64,000 nucleotides of DNA, from NCBI GenBank assembly GCA_010093815.1, contig ML996571.1, one strand, 5' to 3'. Below are positions 39,300 to 50,950 of the stretch, piece by piece. Under the pieces are notes generated by a model, which was given only the letters and a program-made list of their open reading frames with translations, had not been told where the DNA came from and ran no database searches. Source of the stretch: Pseudovirgaria hyperparasitica (Eukaryota). A program made the translations under genes and the position numbers. Position 1 is the first letter of the stretch. Each line of letters starts with the position of its first letter.

Positions 39300-42200
39300 T
39301 TACTCTGGTAGGCTTGCTTTAGTTAGATGCTCGTGCAGATACTATACTATGTTACTCCCTAGGTGTCGGTAGAAGTATTAATAGTATTATTATAACATAG
39401 CTCTTTGTCTCTCCGGTTCTTGCGCGAGGATAGCTTCCATTACCTTTAGATTTATAGTAACTTCCTAAAGCCTATCGTGAACCTCGAGGAAAGCTTCGAA
39501 TTAGTTATTAGGGTATTTGAATATATAATTTAGTACTATTCTTGTTACTCTTATTTCTTTTATATTTATTTAATCCATTCGTAGCGTCGGTATAGCTATA
39601 GGGATCTAAGACCATTCGTACATATCGTCGTCTTTTCTCGGCCAGTTCGAGTAAGTGGATTCAGCGGGAGTGGGAACTATGGGTATCGGAATAATAACGG
39701 TTTCTATATTTATAGCCGTAGCGGCACTTACGATAACGTCATTCTCTACGTCGGCTACGGCACTTGCGATAACGTTAATCTTTACGTCGGCTACGGCACT
39801 AGTCTCTACTATTGGCATGGTTTTAGTAGTAGTATTATCAATGGCGGCGGTGACTTCCTTAGTTTCAATGATTAGGACGGTTTTAGTTACGGCGGCTTCT
39901 CCCATTTAGGAGTCTTCTATATCATGAAATTCGTTTACCGACTCCGAGTCGTCGGTATTCGCGAGCTTTACGAATTACTATATTTGTTTCTTGAACTTAT
40001 CTAAGACGGCTTCTTCGTGCACGACTTCCATTAGGTTGTCGTTTATATTAGTATCTAATTCTCTAACTTCTAGTAGCTCAATTTCTAAGCTTGATACCTT
40101 GTCGTCTAAGAGCTCCTAGGCGTTTCGTTCTAGAAGTTCTTTAAACTAATATTCTAGCGTAGGAATTCTAGAAACCGGTATTTCCATCTGAATATTATCG
40201 AGTTTAGGATAGTAATTATAAGTACTAGCGGCCGCTACTTCGTCGAAGAGCATTTTAAAAGGTATTCCGTTAGAAGCTATACATAGTTTATCTTCTTTTA
40301 TAGCGAGTAGGTGTTCGAAGCTATCTTAGATATATTACTAGTATCTTCTAATAACTTCGTCGATATCTTGCGCGCCTACTTCTATAGCGCGCTCCATAGT
40401 TTTCGTCACGCTATTAGGATGTTATGGGTTTATAATTATCTCTATGAATCTTCGTATCCAGCTGGTAATTCTTAGTGTTTACCTAATTAATTCTTTCCTG
40501 GATGAAGCATCTACTATGGGCGTAGCAGTTACCGCGGGCGTAGCTGTTACTATAGGCGTAGCTGTTTCTACTATCGCAGCTATCTTCTACGTAGCGATCT
40601 TTTATGCTTCTACTATGAACCTTTTTAGAGCCTCCCTTATAATATCTTTTATCTAAGCTTCTATCTCTTTCTCGTGGGCTAAGATAAGCGTGTTCATTTC
40701 CGCCTCTTATTAACTAATAGCGTTTGCGGTTAACGCGGCGGGAATTAAGGCAGGTAAGGTCGCGGGAATTAAGGTAGATCGTAGCTCCGTTAGCTCTATT
40801 AGGGTAGGCGGAAGTTCTAACGACGTAGGAGCTACCTTGGATGCTATTGTTTTGGCGGTGATTGACTTTACCTTCTTTACTATTTTAGCTTTCTTTGCGG
40901 CGGTAGCTAGTATAGGTTTTATAATAGGGAGTGGGACCTTGATTACCTCTATTACCTTCGTAACTAGAGCCTATGTTTCTTCCGGTATCCTTAATTTAAT
41001 GACGCCTTCGGTTAGGTTTATCGGGACGTTTAAGGTAGACACTCCGGCCTTTAGTCCCTTAGCGATCTCTCTTACTAAAATAATTGGCTATACCTCGTTA
41101 GTATTCGTGAATCCTTCGATCACGAAAAAGTTATCTATTTTATTAAAACTAGGTAGCGAGCTTATAGTAATAGTTTACGTAGAGATAGTTTACGTAGAGG
41201 TTTCGGGTAGGGTTAAAGTGTATCTACTAAGTAGGTGTCGTGGTAGGAGTTTATTAATTTTCCTACCCTATGTAATTCGATCTTCGCGGGAACCGTCTCG
41301 AATGATTATTAGCATGGTTACCCAGTCGTTCGTGACACCGTAATTCAAAGGATCTGTGAACCATGGCATTTTTTTATAGGCCGTGGCGAATTTCCGTGCG
41401 AGGTCTTTAAGAGAGACTACTAAGATTAGCCATGTACGCGCTATGTCTTCTATATATAGCGCGTAGACTTCTTTAAGTAGCTTTTCTTCTGCTCCTCGAC
41501 GCTAGTCTACTATTACGCTCTCTATTAGGCCCTATTTTCGAACCAAGTCTTAGAGTATAACCTTATTCAATGGTATCTGTGAGTGCACTTCACGGACGTT
41601 TTTTATAATTCTAGCCTTGTCTTCTAGGGAACTCAGACGGTGGATTAACTAGAACTGGTATCCGGACGATTATAGTGCTGTTATATGGTTGCCGTTAAGT
41701 CCTTTAAGGCGTTATAAGACGTACTAGGATCTTGCGTGTCTGTGGAGGATGTATCATTAGTATTCATGCGCCACGAGCGTCGCTTCTTAATTATATTACA
41801 ATTACTATATAATTAAGTCTAGAGGTCCTATTACCCATTCCTAGGCGATGTCTCTTTACTACTAAGCTACGACGGTAACCTAAACTAATCCGTCCCTCCT
41901 TCGCCATGCGGCGTAGCGCCGAATATTCTTACTATTTAAACCTTATAGCTAAGATACTGGTATATTCCACGCGTGACTATAGTGGCTCCGGATTTCCTCT
42001 ATGGTATCCGTTACGAAGTATCGTGCCGGAATCTACGTATATTCTACTTAAGCTATTTCCTTTGTGGAGTATCTATTATCTAGTTTTAAGAGCTGCGCGA
42101 TAATACTACTCTTAGACGATTGCTCTGCCTCGAATCTCGTGCCTTTTAGGAGTGTGACGGTAAAGTTCCATTCCTCGTCCGCGGATATTATACTCTCCTC

Positions 42201-43514
42201 GAGTTCTTCATTAGAAACCGTGGCTGGAATCTTTATAAAGAATTCTTTTTACTTTAGAATATACCTGATTTCGTCTATAGACACTAGAGCGAGTAAACCT
42301 AGGCGGAGGCGGTGTGGATTTACTCCTGGGTCCGAAAATTCTAACTAATATTACTATGTAACGACTGGTTCCTCCTCTTCTGTCATGGGCGGCTCATATT
42401 TATAGTTGGAGTTAGAGATTATACTACCGTCGAGAATGTTATAACGTATGGTACCGTGCCTCGCACTATACTTATCATACGCCTTTTGTTCGCCCTTCCT
42501 TGTGATCTTAAGCTTATTTTTCGTCTTGATTATAACATGATGTGGCACGGCGACATTTGGTAGTATGGTTAGACCTTTTAGATCCTACGTGACTCCCTTA
42601 TCTTCCTTATATAGGAGGTTAATCTATCGAAGCTTGTGTAATGCTATTTATAATACCTCTGTGTTCGAATGATGAACCCCGTACTTTAGGAGAGAAGGGT
42701 CCCACCAGGTAGGATTCTTAATATCGGTGTTAGTAAGAATCGGTCGCTCCTTATAGAGCACGTACTAACCGATAGTAAGATAGTAGAACTTTCTATTAAC
42801 CGTAACCGGCTTTCCTTTATTATCGTAGTATAAGCATCTATCTTTATAGGGAGGGTCTAGCTTTCGCGGTAGAATATAGAAATTATCGCCTTCCTTCGTT
42901 ATGAAAGGCGATACTTCCTTTAAAGACTAAGTCTTTGATACTTAAAATGACGCTATGAATCTATTTATGATATCCTTCTAGTAAAAGATATTATCGAGTT
43001 TCCTATGGAATATCAATGCCACGTAAATCTCGAGTTTATACTTGTTAGAAAGGTAGATACCGTGAGTTGGCATCGCAAATCGGAGGCCCTTAACTATAAT
43101 TCCTAAGGTAGGATAATTATAGACTGGTTTTCGTTCGTTATATCTTCTATTAAAGCTTCCTTTTTATTCCATGTCGATTCTAATACGCGCTTTATAGAAT
43201 AGGAAGGTTTCTAATTATATAGTTCTGATGATACCGCTTGTTATTCCTTTTACGCGAGGGTGCTTTCCATACACCGCTCGAGTTATGATAGGAACTGTGT
43301 TATATTTTAAGGCGGTAGGCTTCTTAATTAGTGACTTCTTACTCTTTATAGCCTTTCCTTCGTTAATTTCGCTCGCTAAATAACCTCCGTTACCTTTATT
43401 CCCTTTTAGCTTTCGCTTATGACCTCTCTTAGTAACTGTTTTTAGCGGGGTTAAGGCGTTTTCCTTATCCGAGGTGACTTTAGCTTTATTATCTTTACTC
43501 CGTGTTATCTTTAT
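39300..43514 (-). pseudogene. Extra ~1,400-codon ORF (ORF3) of element B, function unknown, broken by RIP-type stops
   Basis: One reading frame (codon starts = 2 mod 3) checked at 43514, 43172, 42548, 41369, 40697, 39905 and 39302. Interruptions seen are TAA/TAG only. Confidence 0.75.
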
Positions 43515-44489
43515 ATACTATAGATATAAGAGTAAGGAGGAATTAATAACTGTTTAAGATTATAGATAAAACTTATTAAGCTAGAGTCTCTACGAGGTTA
43601 AGGTGGAGGATAGAAAGATAAGTTACGCGTTAAGTTAAGGATGAGTAAGTAGAAGGTAAATCGAGCTCGGCGGTAAGAGTGTTCGCGAGCGTGACGTTAC
43701 TATTACTACCTTCCTTCGACGGTAGGGTAAATTCTCCTTTTACTAAGATTATATCTACTAGTGCTGGGTTTACGTCGTTAAGAGGACTAATAGCGGTAAG
43801 TATAGCGATAATATTATCGACTACTAAATAGTATCGTGTTCGTTATCGTCGTTATATATAGTAATATATTTCTACTAACGGATACTAAACGGTAGTCTAT
43901 AGCGTGTGCTTAATGGCTGATCGAGATATACGTGGTGAGGAGGGCATTCTCGGATCCTAGTGTTGATCTATATAGATATAGTGCTATGAGATTACTCCTT
44001 TATCGTCCTCACGGAATTCGTGTTATAATGCGTTAAGAATTCGTTTAAGCTTATGGGTATGCGGTAATAATTAATGTCGCTGTGTTTTTATTCACGGATT
44101 CTATTCCTCTTAGACCGTTATACTATTTCGCTTACTATTATTATAAATGTTTAGGGGATATGATTATAGGAATAGTTATATATATAGGCGCAGTTTCGGT
44201 GAAGTGTGTTTTTCAGGTTAGGGATGTATCTGATATTGGATGCAATGCTTTAATACTATTATACGTTTGACATTGGATATAATTCTTTTATTAATATAAT
44301 TCTTTTATTACACGGTAGTACTTCTAAAGGGTAAACGCGAAAAGGAACGTATATATGCAATTAATGATAATTCGGAATTGTATCCATCTTAGGTAGGAAC
44401 CTTTCGGTTTCTAACCTAAGCTAGGATTTTAACGCTGTGTAAGAAACGCCTCTTAGTACTTAAGGCTATGAATTTCTTTTATCTAGGTC

Positions 44490-47400
44490 CTCTTTTATAG
44501 TTCCTTATCTCTGTTTTTAAGGTTGGGTATATTATGTCGAATTCCTCTCGAAGTTCGCGGGTATCTCTAAGGTCTTCTTCATTATACCATTGGTTATGAA
44601 TTAGACCCTAGCCCTTCTATTTAACTAGGTACTATTTCTTCTTTGTATTCTAATTCTAACGTCGGTCGAGAAACCTTTCAATTTCATAAGACGGATATTT
44701 ATCTAGATTATCTTCGGCGAAAACGCTAGGTGGTTCGTTAGTACCATGGTTGCGTCCGAATAGATCCGTGCCGGGCGGGTATGGTACTAGCTGGCTAACT
44801 AATACCACTAGGTGAATTTTCACGCTCTCCGGAAGGTCGAGTTCGTACACGTTATTCCCGATACGTCGTAAAATTTTAAACGGACCGGTTCTCTAAATAT
44901 CGAACTTCCTATTTACGTGCCCGTGTACGCGGTAACCGTGGTATAATTATAGATACACTTCGGCTCCGGGTTTTAGACGAAGAGGCTTATACTTCTTATT
45001 ATATCGGTACTTTATTATAACCGCTGCGAAGCTAGTAGCTTCGGCGGCTATTTCTCTATTCTTTAAACGGAGCGATTTATAATCTTTAGAAGGTAATTCA
45101 TGTAGTGCGTCCGCGCTATCTTTAACTTTAAAACCATATAATTACTTATTTAGAGACATGCTAGTGGTTTCATTTATAGCGTTATTCATGAAGCCTTATA
45201 GGAATGGTAAGTAGGCATCCTAATCTTCGTCGGGATTCTCGGTAACCACGAAACGAATTCCGATCTCTACGGATTGGTTTGTTCTCTCTGCCTAGCTATC
45301 TATTTATAGGCGATATACGGCGGATATTAGGAATTTAACTCCTAGTATGCTAAAGACCTTTTACTAGAAGGCTGAAAGCCATCTCGCATCCCTATCTAAA
45401 ATGATTTCAGCCGGAATTCCCCAATCGTGTTTAACGAGGTTTAGTAGAATTAGACTAGCCCATTCTTTAGCGCCCTAGTTAGTACGTCCTAGAACGAGAA
45501 GCACTCTTTTCGTAGCTTTATAGGTAATAGGCGCTAGAGCGTCGTAACCCGTTACTGTTTTAGGTAGGGCAGTAATAAGGTCGAGGCATATAGTTCTAAA
45601 TGGTACGTGCTAAGTCGCGATAGGCGTGAAACTCCCGTATGGCTATTACCGAGAGGTCCTCGCCTCGTTACATTACTTATAATATTTAATATAGGCCTTG
45701 ACTTCTTTTGAAAGATGGCGTACGTAGAAAGATGCGGACACTCTCTCATAGAGTCTATTCTCTCCTTAATGGAAACTATAATCGTAAAGTACGTTAAAGA
45801 TCTCGCTAAGAAGGGCATGGGGAATATATAGCCTTTCCCGATCATTGCCTCTATCGATGTTATAGATTATCTTATCTTTTATAAAGAATTTTAGTCTATT
45901 CAGGGGTTGTGATTTCCCTTTTAGTAGTAATTTACCTTTAGAGAAGTTGACGTATATTGGTACGTTCTCGTCTCCATGTCGGAGAGCATCTTCCTTAATT
46001 AGTACTTCGCGTACTTTGTTCCATGCCTCGTCGTCTTTATAGGCTTTTCGTAGGCGATCCTTGAATTTATCTACTATTTTAATTAAGACTACGTGATAGA
46101 CGTAGGTGAGTTTAGTAATCGTCCCTTCATCGCTACCGATCGTAAAAGCCTATGCGATCTTATCTAGCATATTGCCTTCTGTGGCTGGCGCCGTACTTAT
46201 AAGCCTGCTAAGAGCGTCTAGCACGATATGGTTTCTACTAGGGCGGTATCGGATATTAAGCTTATATTATAAGAGATATTAAGCTGCTCGGATAAGACGG
46301 ATATTCTTATAGTCGGCGGCTATGCTGGAGAGCTTCGTCTAATATGTAATAGCCGTTATTACGGTATGGTCCGTGAATATAATAAACTATGCTAATAATT
46401 CGACGAAGTGTCGAAGTTTAGTTACTAACCAAACTAGACCAGCCATTTTAAGTTCTATGGGCTAATAGTTTCGTTCAGTTACCGTGATGGCTTTACTAAG
46501 AAATAATATTGGTTGTATTACTTCCTTTAGAAATAATTCTACCTAGCGTAGCCACGATATTCTTAGGGGGTCGAGTAGATTAAGATTAGTCTCGTCGGGA
46601 TCGATAGGATCGTTAACCGGAACTAACGATATTACTAGATCTGGGTCCCCGCGAACGTGGTATATGAAGACTCTAAAGCCATACTCTTTTAAAGCGTCGA
46701 CGTCTAGGAACGTACGTCTTACCGGCTCATGGTAATAATAGAAGATCGGGTCATCCTATAGCCCTTGTACGGCTTAAAATGATTTGATAAGTACTTTAGT
46801 CTATGGAACTAGCCTTTTCGAGGCCTATACTTTTTGCTGAGTCTTTTTACGAGGGGCATAGCGGAAGAGCTTAGTGCTAGCTTTTAGTAGCGGTGAGACT
46901 AACTATATATAGTATAGTAACTGTCCTCGTAGATATCCCGCCATTCCTAGGTATTGTTTAAGTGCTATAGTATCTTTTAGGAACTGTATTTCTTTTAGAG
47001 CTGTAATTCTTTCTACCTTTGAAGATAGTCCGAAGGCGTTAACTCTTTTTCCAAGGATTATAGTACTTGGATACCCGACGAACGTCTTGGTTACGGCGAG
47101 AGACATATTGAAGTTTAATAGTGTGCTCCATAGTTACCGTAAATAATAAATATGCTCTTCGAATGTCTTAGAGAAAACTACTATATTATCTATGTAGGCT
47201 TTTGCCTATGGGAACTCTCGTAGGAGATTATCGAGTTCCCGTTGCACGTGCTAGACTAAATTAACGTAGCCCATGGTAAGAACTTTCAGGTATTCTTAAC
47301 CCCTATAGGTGTTTACCGTGAATTGCTCACGATCTTCTTCTCGTACTAACCATTAGTAGAATATACTTATAGCGTCCATTGTTATGATATAGTGGTAATC

Positions 47401-50400
47401 TCGGCTAGCCTAGAGCATGTCATCCATTCTTATTAACGGGTAGGAATCTTTGACGGTAATTGTATTAAGGCCTCTAATGTTAATCACCACGCGTGGTTTC
47501 TATATCAGCCTATTTATCTTTAGATTATAGACCTCTCTCTAGACGATAAAAACTGGGGAGCTAAATTGGGTAGGCTTTTTACTCTAACCCATTTTATTGT
47601 TGTCATGAAGCCCGTCAAAGGTTTTATTAATTACTTTACGGTCCTAAGGGCCGACGTTATATACTCGAGTGTATAACTTCTTTAGTTCTCGCTAGTCCTC
47701 CATAAGGATAAGCTTTGCTTCCCTAGAGTTTACGACGGATTTTTTATCTCGCCATAACTCTATAAACTCTTTAATAAGTTCTTTATATTTTGTAGCCTTC
47801 TCTTCCCTACTATAGAGTATTATTCCGTTTAGGAGACGTGTCTTAAGCTTAGGGTTAATGTTCGCGGCTTCTAAGGGAGGAAGGGTAGCGAGGTCTACGT
47901 TAGTATCGGAGATCTAGTAGCATTCTACGATGTCTAGTTCGCGGATTTTACCGAGCACCGTATTCCTCGGAATTACGAGTGTCTCGTTTCCGTCGTTCTT
48001 AATCACGATTTCTCCACTACTAGAGTCGATGACTACCGTATAAATTGTAGCTTATCGCTTCCCAGTAGCGGAGAGGTGCTCTTTCGTGGGTTTAAAAAGC
48101 ATATCGCGATTATTTAGGAGGTTACGTGTGTCCACGAGAACCACGCCTCTTGAATTAGGCTTGATGGATACTAAGTGCTGCGCTCTTACTATGACATTTA
48201 ACTGCTTCTTATGTCTTAGGCGGATACTTATAGGAGCCACCGCATTTTGGCCGTGTGGAAAGGTAATCATGCGGTTTTGAACTTTGATGTCTATTTCTTC
48301 TAGACTAATAGTATCCATGCCCATCAGTAGTTTTGGTACTAGGTTTTCGATAATGCGTGCTTCGCATTTAATAGTAACCGCGACGTCGTTTCCTTCTACG
48401 GTGGTAGGTACCGTGAGTGTCATTTTAACGGACTCGTCGCTATTATAAACCTTATTACCGATATCTATGACTACTGTTAGGTGTATGAGTTTCGTGACAT
48501 GCTTTTTATAATCTAGTAGGACTATGGCTAGCTAGTTTCTGTCCACGAGACTCAGCTTTACTCCGGTATCCACGATTATTTACTTAGGCTCTATGGTCCC
48601 GTTTAATGTTATGTTTATTATAATGTAGTTCTAATAACGAAAGCGATGGCCTTTCGTTCCTATCCTTTTTGCGGTACTCTTAATGACTCGTGGTACTGGT
48701 AGGGGCGACGGAAACTCGTCCACCATATATACGTGATCCACTGGTTTCTTCGGATGCTTTTCCGTAATATACTAATATAGCTTATTATTAGAAGGATACT
48801 TTTATCTATAGACGCGACAGTTCCTCGCTATAGTCCTTTTGCTCTTCTACGGTTTCTCGAGCGATAGTGCCGGTAGAGTCTCGACTTCCTTAGTTCTCAC
48901 GAAGAAAACTCTAGCTGACTTCTTATAAGGTTCCTCGTCCGACTAGCTTTCTTTAGCTTACTCTTAAGCTTATCCGCCCTAATCTTCGTCCGGCGAGTCT
49001 TCTTTATTTTGCGATCCTTCTTAATTAAGAAACTCTACTAGGACTATATTATAATAGGCGCGTTGCGGCTTTATATAAGGTTGCCTCTCGACTTATATAG
49101 AAGTCGTCGTGGTCTTTTCGAAACTCTTTAGCTAATACTTGCCATTCCCTTTATATAGGCGATGGTCTACTTCATATAGACGACGGTCTCTGCCTTAATA
49201 CTAGTTTTGACCGCGGTCTTTACTAGACCTTTACTCATTTATCTAAGAAGATACGACTTAGATTGTTTTCTCGCTTTCTTTTATTATCTAAAACTTGTTA
49301 GGGCGGTCCTCTCGTCCGCCGCTACTACTATATCGTATCCCGCGGTTCCCTTAAAAGTAGTTATTTCCGACTTCTTTTTCTTTACGAGGATAGCGGTTCG
49401 ACGGATACTAGCCTTATAACGCTTTACTAGAATAGGAATAGTCGAACTTACTCTACTTATAGAGTTCACGCTAGGTCTATGATTTCTACTCGAGCTATTT
49501 ATAAAAGGTATCTAGATTAGTATTAGATCCGGGTTCCTCTATGCTTACCCTAAATCTTAGGTCGAGCTTATTCTAGGCCTGTGCTATAATAAGTACTTTA
49601 GATTTCAAATTTACTTCTTTATAAGCCCTAAGTACTTTTATAATATAGTTAGTCGTGCTCTAGCCTCTATATAAGTTCTCGGGGCTATATAATATGCCTT
49701 AGAGTCTCTTTAAGGCGGCACTTAGAGGTGTAGAGAATCTCTTTTCGAGTTTCTTAACCCAGCGCTTAAGTCCATCTCCGCTAGTAAGACTTGACTTTAT
49801 AGCGTCGCTTAATTAAGAGCTATACCAAATTTGCGCCGTGCCTCTAAGATACTTATAGAGATTATAACGAATGATTTTCGCAGGGCATGTCTACTAGTAG
49901 TTCCTTATTACGTCGATGAACGGCTGAACGGATCTATAATAGACCTTTCTATTCTTATTATAAATATCTTCCGTTCTTAAAGGATCTATGCTCGGATCGA
50001 AGAATCTAATGTCCTCCGTCCTAAACTTCGTGTCTCTTAGATTTAAGCTATCGTTATCTTTATAGTCTCTAGTTTCCGTAGTTCGCCGGCGACAATGCGG
50101 GGGTATATATAATCTACAACGGTGGCCACGAGCTCTATCATCGTCTCCCTATAGATTATCATCCGAGCCTTCGCTTAGATCGTTATCGTTTCTTAAAACT
50201 CTTACTATAGGCTAAGCTTATCTATGGTAGTCGTTTCTAGACGGACGGTCTCTAGAAAGTTCTTCTTTATCTCTTCCCTAAGGCCTTTCCTAAGAGGGCG
50301 CGACTTGGCTGGCTCTACTTTATTCTACTAGAGGATTTGCCCTCTTACGATTATTAAGTACCGCTAAAACTATTATCGTAATTTACGCGATCATTTCTAC

Positions 50401-50950
50401 GCTTAGCATATTAGGCTAGGCTTGCTAAGCCATAACGGGAACTGGAATTGGAGCCGGAATTGGAGGCTCGAGGCTTTAAGGCGTTCCGACTTGCTCTCCG
50501 CTTCTCTCTACGCCTTAGCTCGAGCTTCCTCTCTAGTAAGGATTCTCTAGTACTATAATCGCCTCGTGAGGATTAGAGATTATCGTCTCGCGAGAATTGG
50601 AGTTCTCTAGTCTTACGGGTTCGTCGTGAAACTCGAAGTCTTATGGTCTTACGGGCCTTTTCTTTAGCGCGGCTAGAACTTTAATTAATGACGGAGGGGA
50701 CGAGGAAGGCAAATTTACTTCTCTTGGCTATACGAAGTTTCTAAAGTTACTGAAATATTTAGATTAACGGAAATTTGCCGCTAGCCTTTCAACCTTTATA
50801 GCTTCGGTAGTCGCTAGACGTATTCCGTGATCTTTATTCATGAGATAGTTCTAGTTAGGAGGATATCTATCTTCCTAAGGCTGTTTGCCCCTAGACCGTA
50901 AACGATTTCGATTTCTTAAGACTTCTAGATATACGTGGGCAATACCTCGA
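44490..50950 (-). pseudogene. RIP-inactivated gag-pol of element B
   Basis: C2H2-like relic CRVYR*KYPSNNKLY*YITEKH at ~48755-48820, protease IIVDTG at ~48570, RT AYIDNIVVFS at ~47190, RNase H LDVDA at ~46700. Also integrase WGIPAEIILDRD at ~45410, TGPFKILRRIG at ~44880 and chromodomain YEIERFLDRR...QWYNEEDL at ~44690-44570. The 5' limit is approximate. Confidence 0.88.

Noticed and set aside
39655..42348. Hydrophobic + strand ORFs (39655-39909, 40444-40656, 40837-41343, 42064-42348) resembling membrane or env proteins
   Set aside because: They are antisense shadows of the RIPed ORF3 frame; RIP and antisense reading inflate Ile/Val/Leu content.
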